Shown here piece after piece: positions 16,723 through 24,720 of a stretch of 24,720 nucleotides of DNA. The notes under the pieces are model-generated. The model had not been told where the DNA came from. It ran no database searches and saw nothing but the letters and a program-made list of their open reading frames with translations. Each line of letters opens with the position of its first letter. Positions within the stretch are counted from its first letter, which is position 1. This stretch comes from Fibrobacterales bacterium (lineage in GTDB: Bacteria; Fibrobacterota; Fibrobacteria; Fibrobacterales; JAOPTW01): the NCBI GenBank assembly GCA_051532035.1, contig JAOPTW010000021.1, positions 1 to 24,720 on the forward strand, given 5' to 3'. The position numbers and the translations under genes were made by a program.

Positions 16723-17799
16723 ATGATTGATAAAGTACAGAAAGTAATAGAGAAATACGAAGAGATTGAAAGTGAACTCGGGCAGCCTGACGTTGTTGCA
16801 GATCAAGCGAAATTTTCAAAACTCAATAAAAATTACAAGAGTCTTGAAGAAGCTGTCATTGCCGGAAAGAAATATATCGAAATGGTCAATGAACGCACTG
16901 ACTGGAAAGAGATACTCTCTGATGGAAGTGACCAAGAAATGGTTGATATGGCTAAATCTGAACTCTCAAGTTTAGATAAAGCAATTCCCGAAATGGAAGA
17001 TCGCCTTCAATACCTTCTTGTACCCAAAGACCCTCATGATACTAAAGATGTTATCATGGAGATTCGTGCAGGTGCTGGTGGTGATGAGTCATCTATATTT
17101 ACCGGTGATCTATTACGCATGTACCGAGCATATTGCGAAAAAGCTGGCTTTAAAACGACACTTCTTAGTGCAAATGAAGGCACTGCAGGTGGCTACAAAG
17201 AGGTGAAACTCAACATCTCTGGAAACTCTGCCTATGGAACGTTTAAGTTTGAAAGTGGTATCCACCGCGTTCAACGAGTTCCAGATACTGAAAGCCAAGG
17301 AAGGGTTCACACTTCAGCCGTTACGGTAGCCGTTCTTCCTGAAGCAGAAGAAGTTGATATTGATATCAACCCAGCAGACCTTAAAGTTGACACCTACCGC
17401 GCATCTGGTGCCGGTGGTCAGCACGTTAATAAAACTGACTCTGCTATCCGTATTACCCACATTCCTACTGGAGTAGTGGTGAGTTGTCAGGATGAAAAGT
17501 CTCAGCATAAGAATAAAGCGAAAGCGATGAAAGAGCTCTCGTCACGAATTCTTGACGCAGAGATTGCTAAAGCTCAAGCAGCACAAGCCGCTGAAAGAAA
17601 ATCAAAAGTTGGTACCGGTGACCGCTCTGGTAAAATCAGAACCTACAACTATCCACAAGGTCGTTGTACCGATCACCGCATAAATCTTACCCTCTATCGC
17701 CTCGAACAGATTATCAACGGTGATATTCAAGAGGTGATTGACGCACTGCAGCTTGCTGAATCACAAGAGAAGCTCGGTCAGATGGAGAATGTTGGGTAG
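16723..17799 (+). CDS. prfA: Peptide chain release factor 1
   Basis: [28 protein letters not shown] (PxT RF1 discriminator), GAGGQHVN and [15 protein letters not shown]. Confidence 0.98.
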   Translation: MIDKVQKVIEKYEEIESELGQPDVVADQAKFSKLNKNYKSLEEAVIAGKKYIEMVNERTDWKEILSDGSDQEMVDMAKSELSSLDKAIPEMEDRLQYLLVPKDPHDTKDVIMEIRAGAGGDESSIFTGDLLRMYRAYCEKAGFKTTLLSANEGTAGGYKEVKLNISGNSAYGTFKFESGIHRVQRVPDTESQGRVHTSAVTVAVLPEAEEVDIDINPADLKVDTYRASGAGGQHVNKTDSAIRITHIPTGVVVSCQDEKSQHKNKAKAMKELSSRILDAEIAKAQAAQAAERKSKVGTGDRSGKIRTYNYPQGRCTDHRINLTLYRLEQIINGDIQEVIDALQLAESQEKLGQMENVG

Positions 17800-17801
17800 T
17801 A

Positions 17802-18662
17802 ATGCCGACCATACTTGAGATCATCAACAAGACCACTACTTTTTTTGAAAGTAAGGGTATCGATAATGCAAAATATGATGCGCAGCATCTTATTGCATTT
17901 GGTCTTGGTGTGCAGCGCATGGACCTCTACCTCAAATTTGATCAACCACTCAAAGAAGAAGAGCTTACCGCCCTCCGCCCTCTTGTAGGTCGTAGGGGAA
18001 ACCGAGAACCTCTTCAACATATTGTAGGTACATCAGGATTTAGAAATCTCGATCTCACCTGCGATAGCCGGGCCCTTATTCCCAGACCTGATACAGAGGG
18101 TATCGTCGATATTGTTTCTGAGCAATGTACAGGCAAAGAAAATCTCTCGATACTCGATATCGGTGTTGGTACAGGCGCTATCATCCTCTCTATAGCACAA
18201 GAGATCACTGGCCATACATACACAGGAACTGACATCTCTACAGAAGCACTCAGTCTTGCTCGAGAGAACGCGCAACAAAACAGCTTAACTGATCAGGTGC
18301 AGTTTTTACAAGCAGACCTTTTCTCAAGTGAAAGCCTAAAAAGCCAAGGGCCCTTTGATATTATTGTATCAAACCCTCCATACATCACCTCACAAGTCAT
18401 TACGGAACTTGAACCAGAGGTGAAAGAGTATGACCCCATGCTTGCTCTTGATGGTGGCACAACAGGACTCGACTGGTACACTCGCTTTTTTAATGAAGTC
18501 ACACCTTTCCTTAAAGACGAGGGATTCATAGTCCTAGAAATTGGCTATGATCAAAAACAAGCCCTCACGGAAATAATAGAGTCAACAAACAGCATTTCAC
18601 TCCTTGAAGTAAAAAAAGACTACTCAGAAAATGACCGCTTCGTTATAGCGCAAAAAAAGTAA
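17802..18662 (+). CDS. prmC: Release factor glutamine methyltransferase
   Basis: EPLQHIVG, ALIPRPDTE, LDIGVGTGAI, SNPPYI, ALDGG and EIGYDQ, 2 nt after prfA. Confidence 0.97.
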   Translation: MPTILEIINKTTTFFESKGIDNAKYDAQHLIAFGLGVQRMDLYLKFDQPLKEEELTALRPLVGRRGNREPLQHIVGTSGFRNLDLTCDSRALIPRPDTEGIVDIVSEQCTGKENLSILDIGVGTGAIILSIAQEITGHTYTGTDISTEALSLARENAQQNSLTDQVQFLQADLFSSESLKSQGPFDIIVSNPPYITSQVITELEPEVKEYDPMLALDGGTTGLDWYTRFFNEVTPFLKDEGFIVLEIGYDQKQALTEIIESTNSISLLEVKKDYSENDRFVIAQKK

Positions 18663-18819
18663 TCATCGGCATACGCCACACTTTAATTTTCTAAATGTCC
18701 AATTAAAACTAGAGTTGTAATCAAGAGCTGTTCTAATTATTTATGCAATTTGCTCAGTCAACATATATCATATAAAAATGGCTTTAGGTACTATCAAGCT
18801 CAGCTCAACTCAACCCACA

Positions 18820-18931
18820 AGAAGAGTGCAGGATATGTACCTCTCATTGGTGCGAAAATGGATCGCCGGCATACATTAGTATGTCAAGACCCATTTAAGT
18901 GCCAAGGAGTGTACAGAGCCTGTGCTATTCT
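18820..18931 (+). repeat. Palindromic intergenic repeat, copy 3 (diverged arms, same core)
   Basis: Nested stems AGAAGAGTGCAGG/CCTGTGCTATTCT, TGTAC/GTACA, TTGGTGC/GTGCCAA, AAATGG/CCATTT, and core GCATAC-ATTA-GTATGT (18869-18884). Confidence 0.8.
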
Positions 18932-19716
18932 CAGTGCTTTATCCACTCTTTATTTAACTGCGGAATGTCTTCGAGTAATTGAATCGTCTTCGGGTGTTTT
19001 GGATGAAAAGTCACTTGATCAGGATCGCCTTGCTCAATAATTTTACCCTCATCCATTATCATAATCGTATCAGAAACATAGTAGGCGAGACCTAAATCAT
19101 GGGTAATAAATACAATCGTCATCTTCAGTTCTTGCTTAAGTTTGAGCAAGTAATCAAGAATATTGGAGCGAGAACATGCGTCAACCATAGAGGTTGGTTC
19201 ATCTGCAATGAGCACTTGTGGTCTGATAATAAAAATCCGTGCAATGAGTAGCCGCTGCATCTGCCCACCTGAAAGCTCAAATGGGTATTTATCCAAAAAC
19301 TCATCGGGCTTAAGGTTTACATCTTCAAGTGCTTTACGCACAATTGCGTCTTGTTGGCTCTTTGATGGCTTGACTGTAAACAGGTTAAATGACATTTTAA
19401 GCTGCTTTTCTACACTAAAAAATTGATTAAAGGCAGAGAAGGGGTCCTGAAAAATACACTGCACCGACTTCCAGTGATTTTTGGGATTTGTCAAAGGTTT
19501 TCCATCAAAATGGAGTTCCCCTCCTGTTGGCTTTTGGAGGTTGAGTAGCATCTTAGCAAGTACTGTTTTTCCACAACCAGAAGCACCAACAAGTGAGACA
19601 ATCGCTTGATCTTTAATATTAAAGCTCACATTATCAACAGCTACCAAAGCGCCTTTCCCTGAACCAAAGGTACAACTGAGATCTCGTGCTTGAAATTTAT
19701 ATCCATTAGCCGACAT
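18931..19716 (-). CDS. ABC transporter ATP-binding subunit (OppF/DppF-like)
   Basis: GASGCGKT, IFQDP, YPFELSGGQMQR, ADEPTS and ITHDLG. The ATG at 19716 has a GAGGTG RBS and overlaps the upstream gene end. Confidence 0.93.
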   Translation of the reverse strand: MSANGYKFQARDLSCTFGSGKGALVAVDNVSFNIKDQAIVSLVGASGCGKTVLAKMLLNLQKPTGGELHFDGKPLTNPKNHWKSVQCIFQDPFSAFNQFFSVEKQLKMSFNLFTVKPSKSQQDAIVRKALEDVNLKPDEFLDKYPFELSGGQMQRLLIARIFIIRPQVLIADEPTSMVDACSRSNILDYLLKLKQELKMTIVFITHDLGLAYYVSDTIMIMDEGKIIEQGDPDQVTFHPKHPKTIQLLEDIPQLNKEWIKH

Positions 19717-20680
19717 AATCACACCTCACCAATCTATCATTTACTGTTCTTAAACTTTGGCGCTCCGTCTCGCACTCAGATTTTGACATTTTACACCTAT
19801 CTGCAAAACGACATCCCACGATATCATCAGCGAGGTTTGGCGGCGCGCCTTCAATTGCCGTGGGCTTTTTATCTTTCTGCCCCGCTTCTGGTTCTATCAT
19901 TGAACCCATAAGTGCCTTTGTATAGGGCTGTACGGGGTCAAAAATGACCTGTTCTGTAGTGCCGACCTCTACAAACTCACCAGCATACATTATGGCTATT
20001 TTATTAGCAACGTGTCTCAACAGTGGAAGTTCATGGGTTATAAAAATCATTGATGAAATGATCTCTTTATCCATAAGATCAAAGAGTAGTTTAATCACTT
20101 GTTTTTGCGTCGACACATCAAGTGCCGATGTTGGCTCATCTGCAATCACCACTTTGGGGTTCATTATTGTTGAAATGCCAATGACCACACGCTGTTTCAC
20201 TCCCGCAGGAATCTCACAAGGAAATGCATTTAATACCCGCTCAGCATCGAGTCCAATGAGAGTAAAACGCTCTTTTAACCGCTCAAAGATCTCTTTTTTG
20301 GATAAGCGCCCAAGGTGAGCTCTCATAACATCCGCTGCAAAATCTTTTATGCGCCGTGTTGGGTTCAATGAATTTAATGCCCCCTGAGGTATAATAGAAA
20401 TCTCTTTTGCCAATATCTCTTTTCGAATCTGACCCTGAGTCATTTCTGTAATATTCTGATCACCAAGGAGCACATCACCATAGGTATGATGTAATGGCGC
20501 AAGATAGAGCCCCATACACGCATTTACCAAGGTGGACTTTCCACACCCCGACTCTCCGGCAACCCCAAGAATGTCACCTTTTTGAAGCTCAAAACTGACT
20601 CCATCTACTGCCTGAATCTTTTGGCCAAATCGGGTTTCATAGTGAGCCCCAAGATTTTCTACTGTAAAAATTGCTGACAT
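19706..20680 (-). CDS. ABC transporter ATP-binding subunit (OppD/DppD-like) with C-terminal Cys cluster
   Basis: GESGCGKS, IPQG, ADEPTSALD, ITHEL, QPYTKAL and GCRFADRC...C...VRC. The ATG at 20680 has a GGGAGGTG RBS (the ORF track starts at 20722). Confidence 0.93.
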   Translation of the reverse strand: MSAIFTVENLGAHYETRFGQKIQAVDGVSFELQKGDILGVAGESGCGKSTLVNACMGLYLAPLHHTYGDVLLGDQNITEMTQGQIRKEILAKEISIIPQGALNSLNPTRRIKDFAADVMRAHLGRLSKKEIFERLKERFTLIGLDAERVLNAFPCEIPAGVKQRVVIGISTIMNPKVVIADEPTSALDVSTQKQVIKLLFDLMDKEIISSMIFITHELPLLRHVANKIAIMYAGEFVEVGTTEQVIFDPVQPYTKALMGSMIEPEAGQKDKKPTAIEGAPPNLADDIVGCRFADRCKMSKSECETERQSLRTVNDRLVRCDYVG

Positions 20681-20693
20681 TGTTACACCTCCC

Positions 20694-21530
20694 TTATTTC
20701 CGTAACCGGGGGTTAAAGACACCTTCCATAGAGGTGTTAATAATATAGAGCGAAAATTGAATGATGGTTAATAACACTACCGCAGGGACAAACGCCCACC
20801 ACGCTCCATCGGTCAAGGCCTCATTTGTAATTGCATCTTGAAGAATTTTACCCAATGATTGTGAGTCATAAGGACCAAGCCCCATAATGCTCAAGCCCGC
20901 CTCTGTCATAATTGCTGAACTCAACTGTATAATAAATACCATAAACACATATGACATTATATAGGGGAGCACATGATTCATTACAATATTCAGCGTTCCA
21001 AACCCATTCACCTTGGCAAGATTCACATGGTCACGAGTTTTTAAGCTCGCCGCCTGAGACCGCACCGCACGGGCAGTCCATGTCCATTGCATAAACCCAA
21101 TCATGATTGCAATCAATGTTAATGATCGCCCACTTTCAAGACTATTACTGATAAGAATGAGGATAATAAACACCGGAATAGTCATAAACATATTAGTGAC
21201 GAGGGTCAGAATATTATCAATCAATCCACCTTTATAACCACTATATACCCCAATAAGCGTTCCAAGGATAGTAGCTATTGACCCTGCTAATAGTCCGACA
21301 TAGAGTGACGACCGTAACCCGGCAACCAAGACCGCCCACATATCTTTCCCCATATCATTGGTTCCAAGAAGGGCATTTTCAGAAGGGCCTACATAGGGCA
21401 ATCCAACCCGCGTAAAGGCATCGTAGTCGGTGAGGACATTTCCAAAGAGTGCTATCAAGGCAACAATCGAAAGAATACCCGAACCAATAATGAAAAGCGG
21501 GTTTTTTAAAAGATTCATAAATATTTTCAT
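20694..21530 (-). CDS. ABC transporter permease (OppC/DppC-like)
   Basis: LLGTNDMGKD, multiple TM helices, ARAVRSQ...LAKVNG EAA-like loop, HVLP and WWAFVP. Confidence 0.93.
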   Translation of the reverse strand: MKIFMNLLKNPLFIIGSGILSIVALIALFGNVLTDYDAFTRVGLPYVGPSENALLGTNDMGKDMWAVLVAGLRSSLYVGLLAGSIATILGTLIGVYSGYKGGLIDNILTLVTNMFMTIPVFIILILISNSLESGRSLTLIAIMIGFMQWTWTARAVRSQAASLKTRDHVNLAKVNGFGTLNIVMNHVLPYIMSYVFMVFIIQLSSAIMTEAGLSIMGLGPYDSQSLGKILQDAITNEALTDGAWWAFVPAVVLLTIIQFSLYIINTSMEGVFNPRLRK

Positions 21531-21538
21531 AACGCCTC

Positions 21539-22621
21539 CTATATTCCCGCTTTAATACGTGGATCAAGAATCCCCAGTAATATATCAACAGTATAATTTG
21601 CAATTAACACTGCAGACGTAATAATCAAAGCACTCGCCTGAATAACAGGAGTATCAAAAGACTTTGTCGCATTCAACAACGCGAGGCCCACCCCAGGATA
21701 CGAAAAAATCATCTCGACAAGAACTGCTCCTGCAATCATAACACCGAGCGCAATTGCAAGGCCGGTTAACTGCGGTAAAATAGCATTACGAAACATGTAA
21801 TAGATTATTTTATACTCCGGAATCCCCAACTGTTTGGAGTACCGAATATAGTCTGTACCCAATTCGTAAATTGACATAGAACGCATACCAATAGCCTGAC
21901 CACCAACCATTGCTAAAAACACAGAGAGGAACGGTAGGGTATAGTGAGCTGCTGCATTTTTAATAAAGATCCAACTGAATGACGGTGTTATTGCATCTGA
22001 ATACGCCCCAATAGCCGGAAACCATTCGAGCTCTATTCCGAATATAAACACCAGTAAAATCGCAAAACTAAATGCTGGTATTGAACTTGAAAACTGCGCT
22101 AAAGGATAAAAGAGGTTATCAAAGATTCCCCGTTTATAGGCCGCTAAGGCCCCCAGTGCATTACCCACAAGCCACCCCAGTAAAATAGTTGGCAGTTGTA
22201 TTGCAATAGTCCAGGGAATTGAGTCACTTAAAATATCAAGTACCGGCTTTGGATATTTCGCAATAGATGTCCCTAAATCACCCGACATAATCATGGTAAA
22301 ATAATCAAAAAATTGTTCAACCATTCCTTTACGAATAACCGCATTATCTGCATCTCGAAGCGCTACTTCTCTTAATAAACCCGTCTGTGCATCAACCTCC
22401 ATCTTGGTTTTTACCACACCAAACTCTACGAGGTACGCCTCTTCTTTCTCACGGGCAGCATTAATTTCCATATTTGCTGTTGACTTAGTGATCAAAGTAT
22501 CAATAGGGTCATTTTCTCCCAGCCGGGGGAGTATGAACGTTATGATTGTTACTATCACAAACGTTGCAAGATACCACAATCCTCTGTTTATGAAATATTT
22601 AATCGTTGGACTTATGTGCAT
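21539..22621 (-). CDS. ABC transporter permease (OppB/DppB-like)
   Basis: GDLGTS, IPWTI, DYIRYSKQLG, FRNAILPQ, VEMIFSYPGVG and ILDPRI. Confidence 0.93.
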   Translation of the reverse strand: MHISPTIKYFINRGLWYLATFVIVTIITFILPRLGENDPIDTLITKSTANMEINAAREKEEAYLVEFGVVKTKMEVDAQTGLLREVALRDADNAVIRKGMVEQFFDYFTMIMSGDLGTSIAKYPKPVLDILSDSIPWTIAIQLPTILLGWLVGNALGALAAYKRGIFDNLFYPLAQFSSSIPAFSFAILLVFIFGIELEWFPAIGAYSDAITPSFSWIFIKNAAAHYTLPFLSVFLAMVGGQAIGMRSMSIYELGTDYIRYSKQLGIPEYKIIYYMFRNAILPQLTGLAIALGVMIAGAVLVEMIFSYPGVGLALLNATKSFDTPVIQASALIITSAVLIANYTVDILLGILDPRIKAGI

Positions 22622-22630
22622 TCCTGCTCC

Positions 22631-24391
22631 TTACTTTTGTTCAACAGGTTTTATTTCCCATAATGCATGTATACCAGATCCAAAAGATAAACTGGTTGGA
22701 GGTGCATAAGGGTTGATCTCTGTTGGTAAATTGTTCCAATGCTTTTCGCTAAATTCATAATACATTTGAGGACGATATACCACCGGAATCACCGGAAGCT
22801 CTTGCATCATAATTTGATTCAACCTACGGTAGGCTCTTATTTTCTCATCTTCATTTTTCAATAAAGGGATCCGCGCCAGTAAACTATCAACTTCTGCATT
22901 TCTATACCGGCCATAGCTCCGTTTCATAATTTCACCAACCGGCTTCCAATCTCGCGATGTAGTTACAACCTCTATCCGTGACCACGGACTCGATGGCAGT
23001 ACATCCGGCATAGGGTTATCAAGAATTAAGTCGAATTTACCAAGTGGTCTATTGGAGTCATATTCAGGAACATCGATAAATTTTTGCCGAACATCAATAC
23101 CCGCTTCGCGCATACTTTTTACCGCAATGATAACGATCGATTCATAATCAGACCAACCCGAGGGCGACTTAATATATAAGGTCGGAATAACGGCCCCATC
23201 AGGCCCCCGCATTTCAACAAGCTTCCCATCAGAGTCAAATGTCGATATGTACCCTGCCTCTTTTAATATCTCTTTCGCTTTTTCTTTATCATAGCGCACC
23301 CCATACTTCTCAGCATCTTCTTTATGAAAATATTTTCCCTCTTTACCAAAAGGGAGGATCAGTCCTGAGTTTAAAGAATCACTATAGCCTGAAACAGCCA
23401 GTTCCCGAATATCCCGGTAATTGATGCCAAAACCCATTGCGCGCCGAAACCTCACATCATTTAAGGGCGGTTTCGTTGTATTTATAACAAACATGGGAAT
23501 ACTTCCCGGAATAAAATAGGGAGGCTTGTCAAACCAAGTCTTTACACCTTTTCTTGCCTTCAGCCATATTCTTGGAATAAATGTTTCAGAAATGTCCAGC
23601 TTGCCTTGTTGCAAGGCTAAACTGTAATTTTCATTGCTCTTGTAAATTGGATGAATGATATATTCTGGAGCAGGTAATCTCCCCCCATAGAGCGCTTCAT
23701 TTCCCCAATAATTAGAATCACGCTTTAAAATTATTTTTTCGGGTGAATCTTCTAAAAGAGTGTAGGGGCCTGAGCCAACCGGATTTACATCACCCCGATC
23801 TCTCTTGACCTCCGAAATATCACCCTTATTTTCTTGAAGCATTTTTTCATATACATGCTCTGGAACAATATTAGTTTGCACGAGAATATCCATAACCATC
23901 AAAGGGTTATTCCTCTCGTTACTCATTAAAAAAGTGATCTTATTAGGGTTAATGGGGTCAACTACAATCTTTGAGATATAGGCCCATACATAACTCGTTT
24001 TTACATTTTTATATCTCTTGCCAATTTCGAACGAGAACACAACATCTTTGGCTGTTACCGGAGTTCCATCATTCCACTTTGCCTTTGGATTAAGATACAC
24101 CGAAATGCCATTTGCTTCATACCGGTAGCTCTCAGCTAACAGTGGATCGGGCTTTCCTGTTAATAAGTTGTAGCTTAATAGGGATTCAAATAAAAGATTT
24201 ACCTGATCTCCTGATGGCCATGCAGGCCAATCAGTCAAGGGATTGAATGTCGTTGCCTCCCCCCATTGACGCCCCCCAATAAAAAGTGTTTGAGACCGAG
24301 GAAACCGAGCATCCTTCTCCTCCACTTTTCCACAACAGGTAAGAGCCACCAAAGTCAATACACCAAGTACTTTTAATAGAGTTACGCGCAT
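22631..24391 (-). CDS. Family 5 solute-binding lipoprotein, TmCBP-like oligosaccharide-binding subgroup
   Basis: Lipoprotein signal (..LVALTC/C); AKWNDGTPVTAKDVVFS and VGSGPY family-5 motifs; IGGRQWG, TWFDKPPYFIP, GWSD and KPVGE segments match the Thermotoga cellobiose-binding protein subgroup as I recall it. Confidence 0.88.
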   Translation of the reverse strand: MRVTLLKVLGVLTLVALTCCGKVEEKDARFPRSQTLFIGGRQWGEATTFNPLTDWPAWPSGDQVNLLFESLLSYNLLTGKPDPLLAESYRYEANGISVYLNPKAKWNDGTPVTAKDVVFSFEIGKRYKNVKTSYVWAYISKIVVDPINPNKITFLMSNERNNPLMVMDILVQTNIVPEHVYEKMLQENKGDISEVKRDRGDVNPVGSGPYTLLEDSPEKIILKRDSNYWGNEALYGGRLPAPEYIIHPIYKSNENYSLALQQGKLDISETFIPRIWLKARKGVKTWFDKPPYFIPGSIPMFVINTTKPPLNDVRFRRAMGFGINYRDIRELAVSGYSDSLNSGLILPFGKEGKYFHKEDAEKYGVRYDKEKAKEILKEAGYISTFDSDGKLVEMRGPDGAVIPTLYIKSPSGWSDYESIVIIAVKSMREAGIDVRQKFIDVPEYDSNRPLGKFDLILDNPMPDVLPSSPWSRIEVVTTSRDWKPVGEIMKRSYGRYRNAEVDSLLARIPLLKNEDEKIRAYRRLNQIMMQELPVIPVVYRPQMYYEFSEKHWNNLPTEINPYAPPTSLSFGSGIHALWEIKPVEQK

Positions 24392-24720
24392 ACATTTCTC
24401 GACAGAATTTTAATCAGCTCAATGTAATAAAATGCATTTATAATTTATACGGATTACCGTTTTTAAATGAGAGCCTCATTATTTAGTGTTCCATTCATCA
24501 CGATAATAACCATTCCTTTTATGGAACTATTACTCAGCTCACTTTTCTTTAATTCTCGATTCATTGATTGCGCAAGTATGTACAAAGGTGAAAACCTTAA
24601 GCGCAACATCGTTATATTGTAAAATCAACAACAAGGGGTAACTCCTTACAATTACACAACTTTTGGCAATATTTTTCAATTTTTGTTTTGTTCTCTTGCA
24701 CTATTAATATAAATTCATCC

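Noticed and set aside
16723..17799. RF2 with a programmed frameshift
   Set aside because: The frame is continuous, and the PxT (PDT) motif and prmC linkage identify RF1.
18797..18816. CTCAG-CTCAA-CTCAA pentamer run
   Set aside because: Too short and imperfect to distinguish from chance low-complexity sequence.
18750..19040. 96-aa plus-strand ORF
   Set aside because: TTG start without RBS; it crosses repeat copy 3 and runs antisense into the ABC ATPase.
669..23424. Remaining 60-135 aa alternative-frame and antisense ORFs nested in the called genes
   Set aside because: Each lies within or largely overlaps a well-supported CDS and shows no motif or RBS.

Overview
AT-rich (about 40% GC by eye) chromosomal window from a flagellated Gram-negative bacterium. 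A Fibrobacterota-like origin is a tentative guess from overall protein style, not a database result. Gene order: 3' end of proA, RNase G/E, tRNA-Leu(TAG), tig-clpP-clpX, a beta-CASP metallo-beta-lactamase RNase, then (mostly minus strand) beta-carbonic anhydrase, a stand-alone cNMP-binding protein, an orphan ArsD-like protein (+), a pseudo-receiver HD-GYP phosphodiesterase, a sigma28-driven fliD-fliS-fliT-like operon, a DUF2225-like Zn-ribbon protein, a strongly diverged lpxK (+), a GGDEF cyclase, prfA-prmC (+), and a five-gene Opp/Dpp-family ABC importer whose binding protein looks like a cello-/beta-glucan-oligosaccharide binder. No transposase, integrase, rRNA or CRISPR array is visible. 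The main unexplained signal is a family of three ~112-124 bp intergenic nested-hairpin elements (13251-13367, 13368-13491, 18820-18931). They share a RCATAC-ATYA-GTATGT apical hairpin, have covarying stems and show strand-specific G-U pairs. Several proteins carry altered key motifs: ArsD lacks its As(III)-binding Cys triad, LpxK has a GGEHKT P-loop, one ABC ATPase has an IPAGV signature, the cNMP domain lacks the phosphate-binding Arg, and the receiver domain lacks its Asp.
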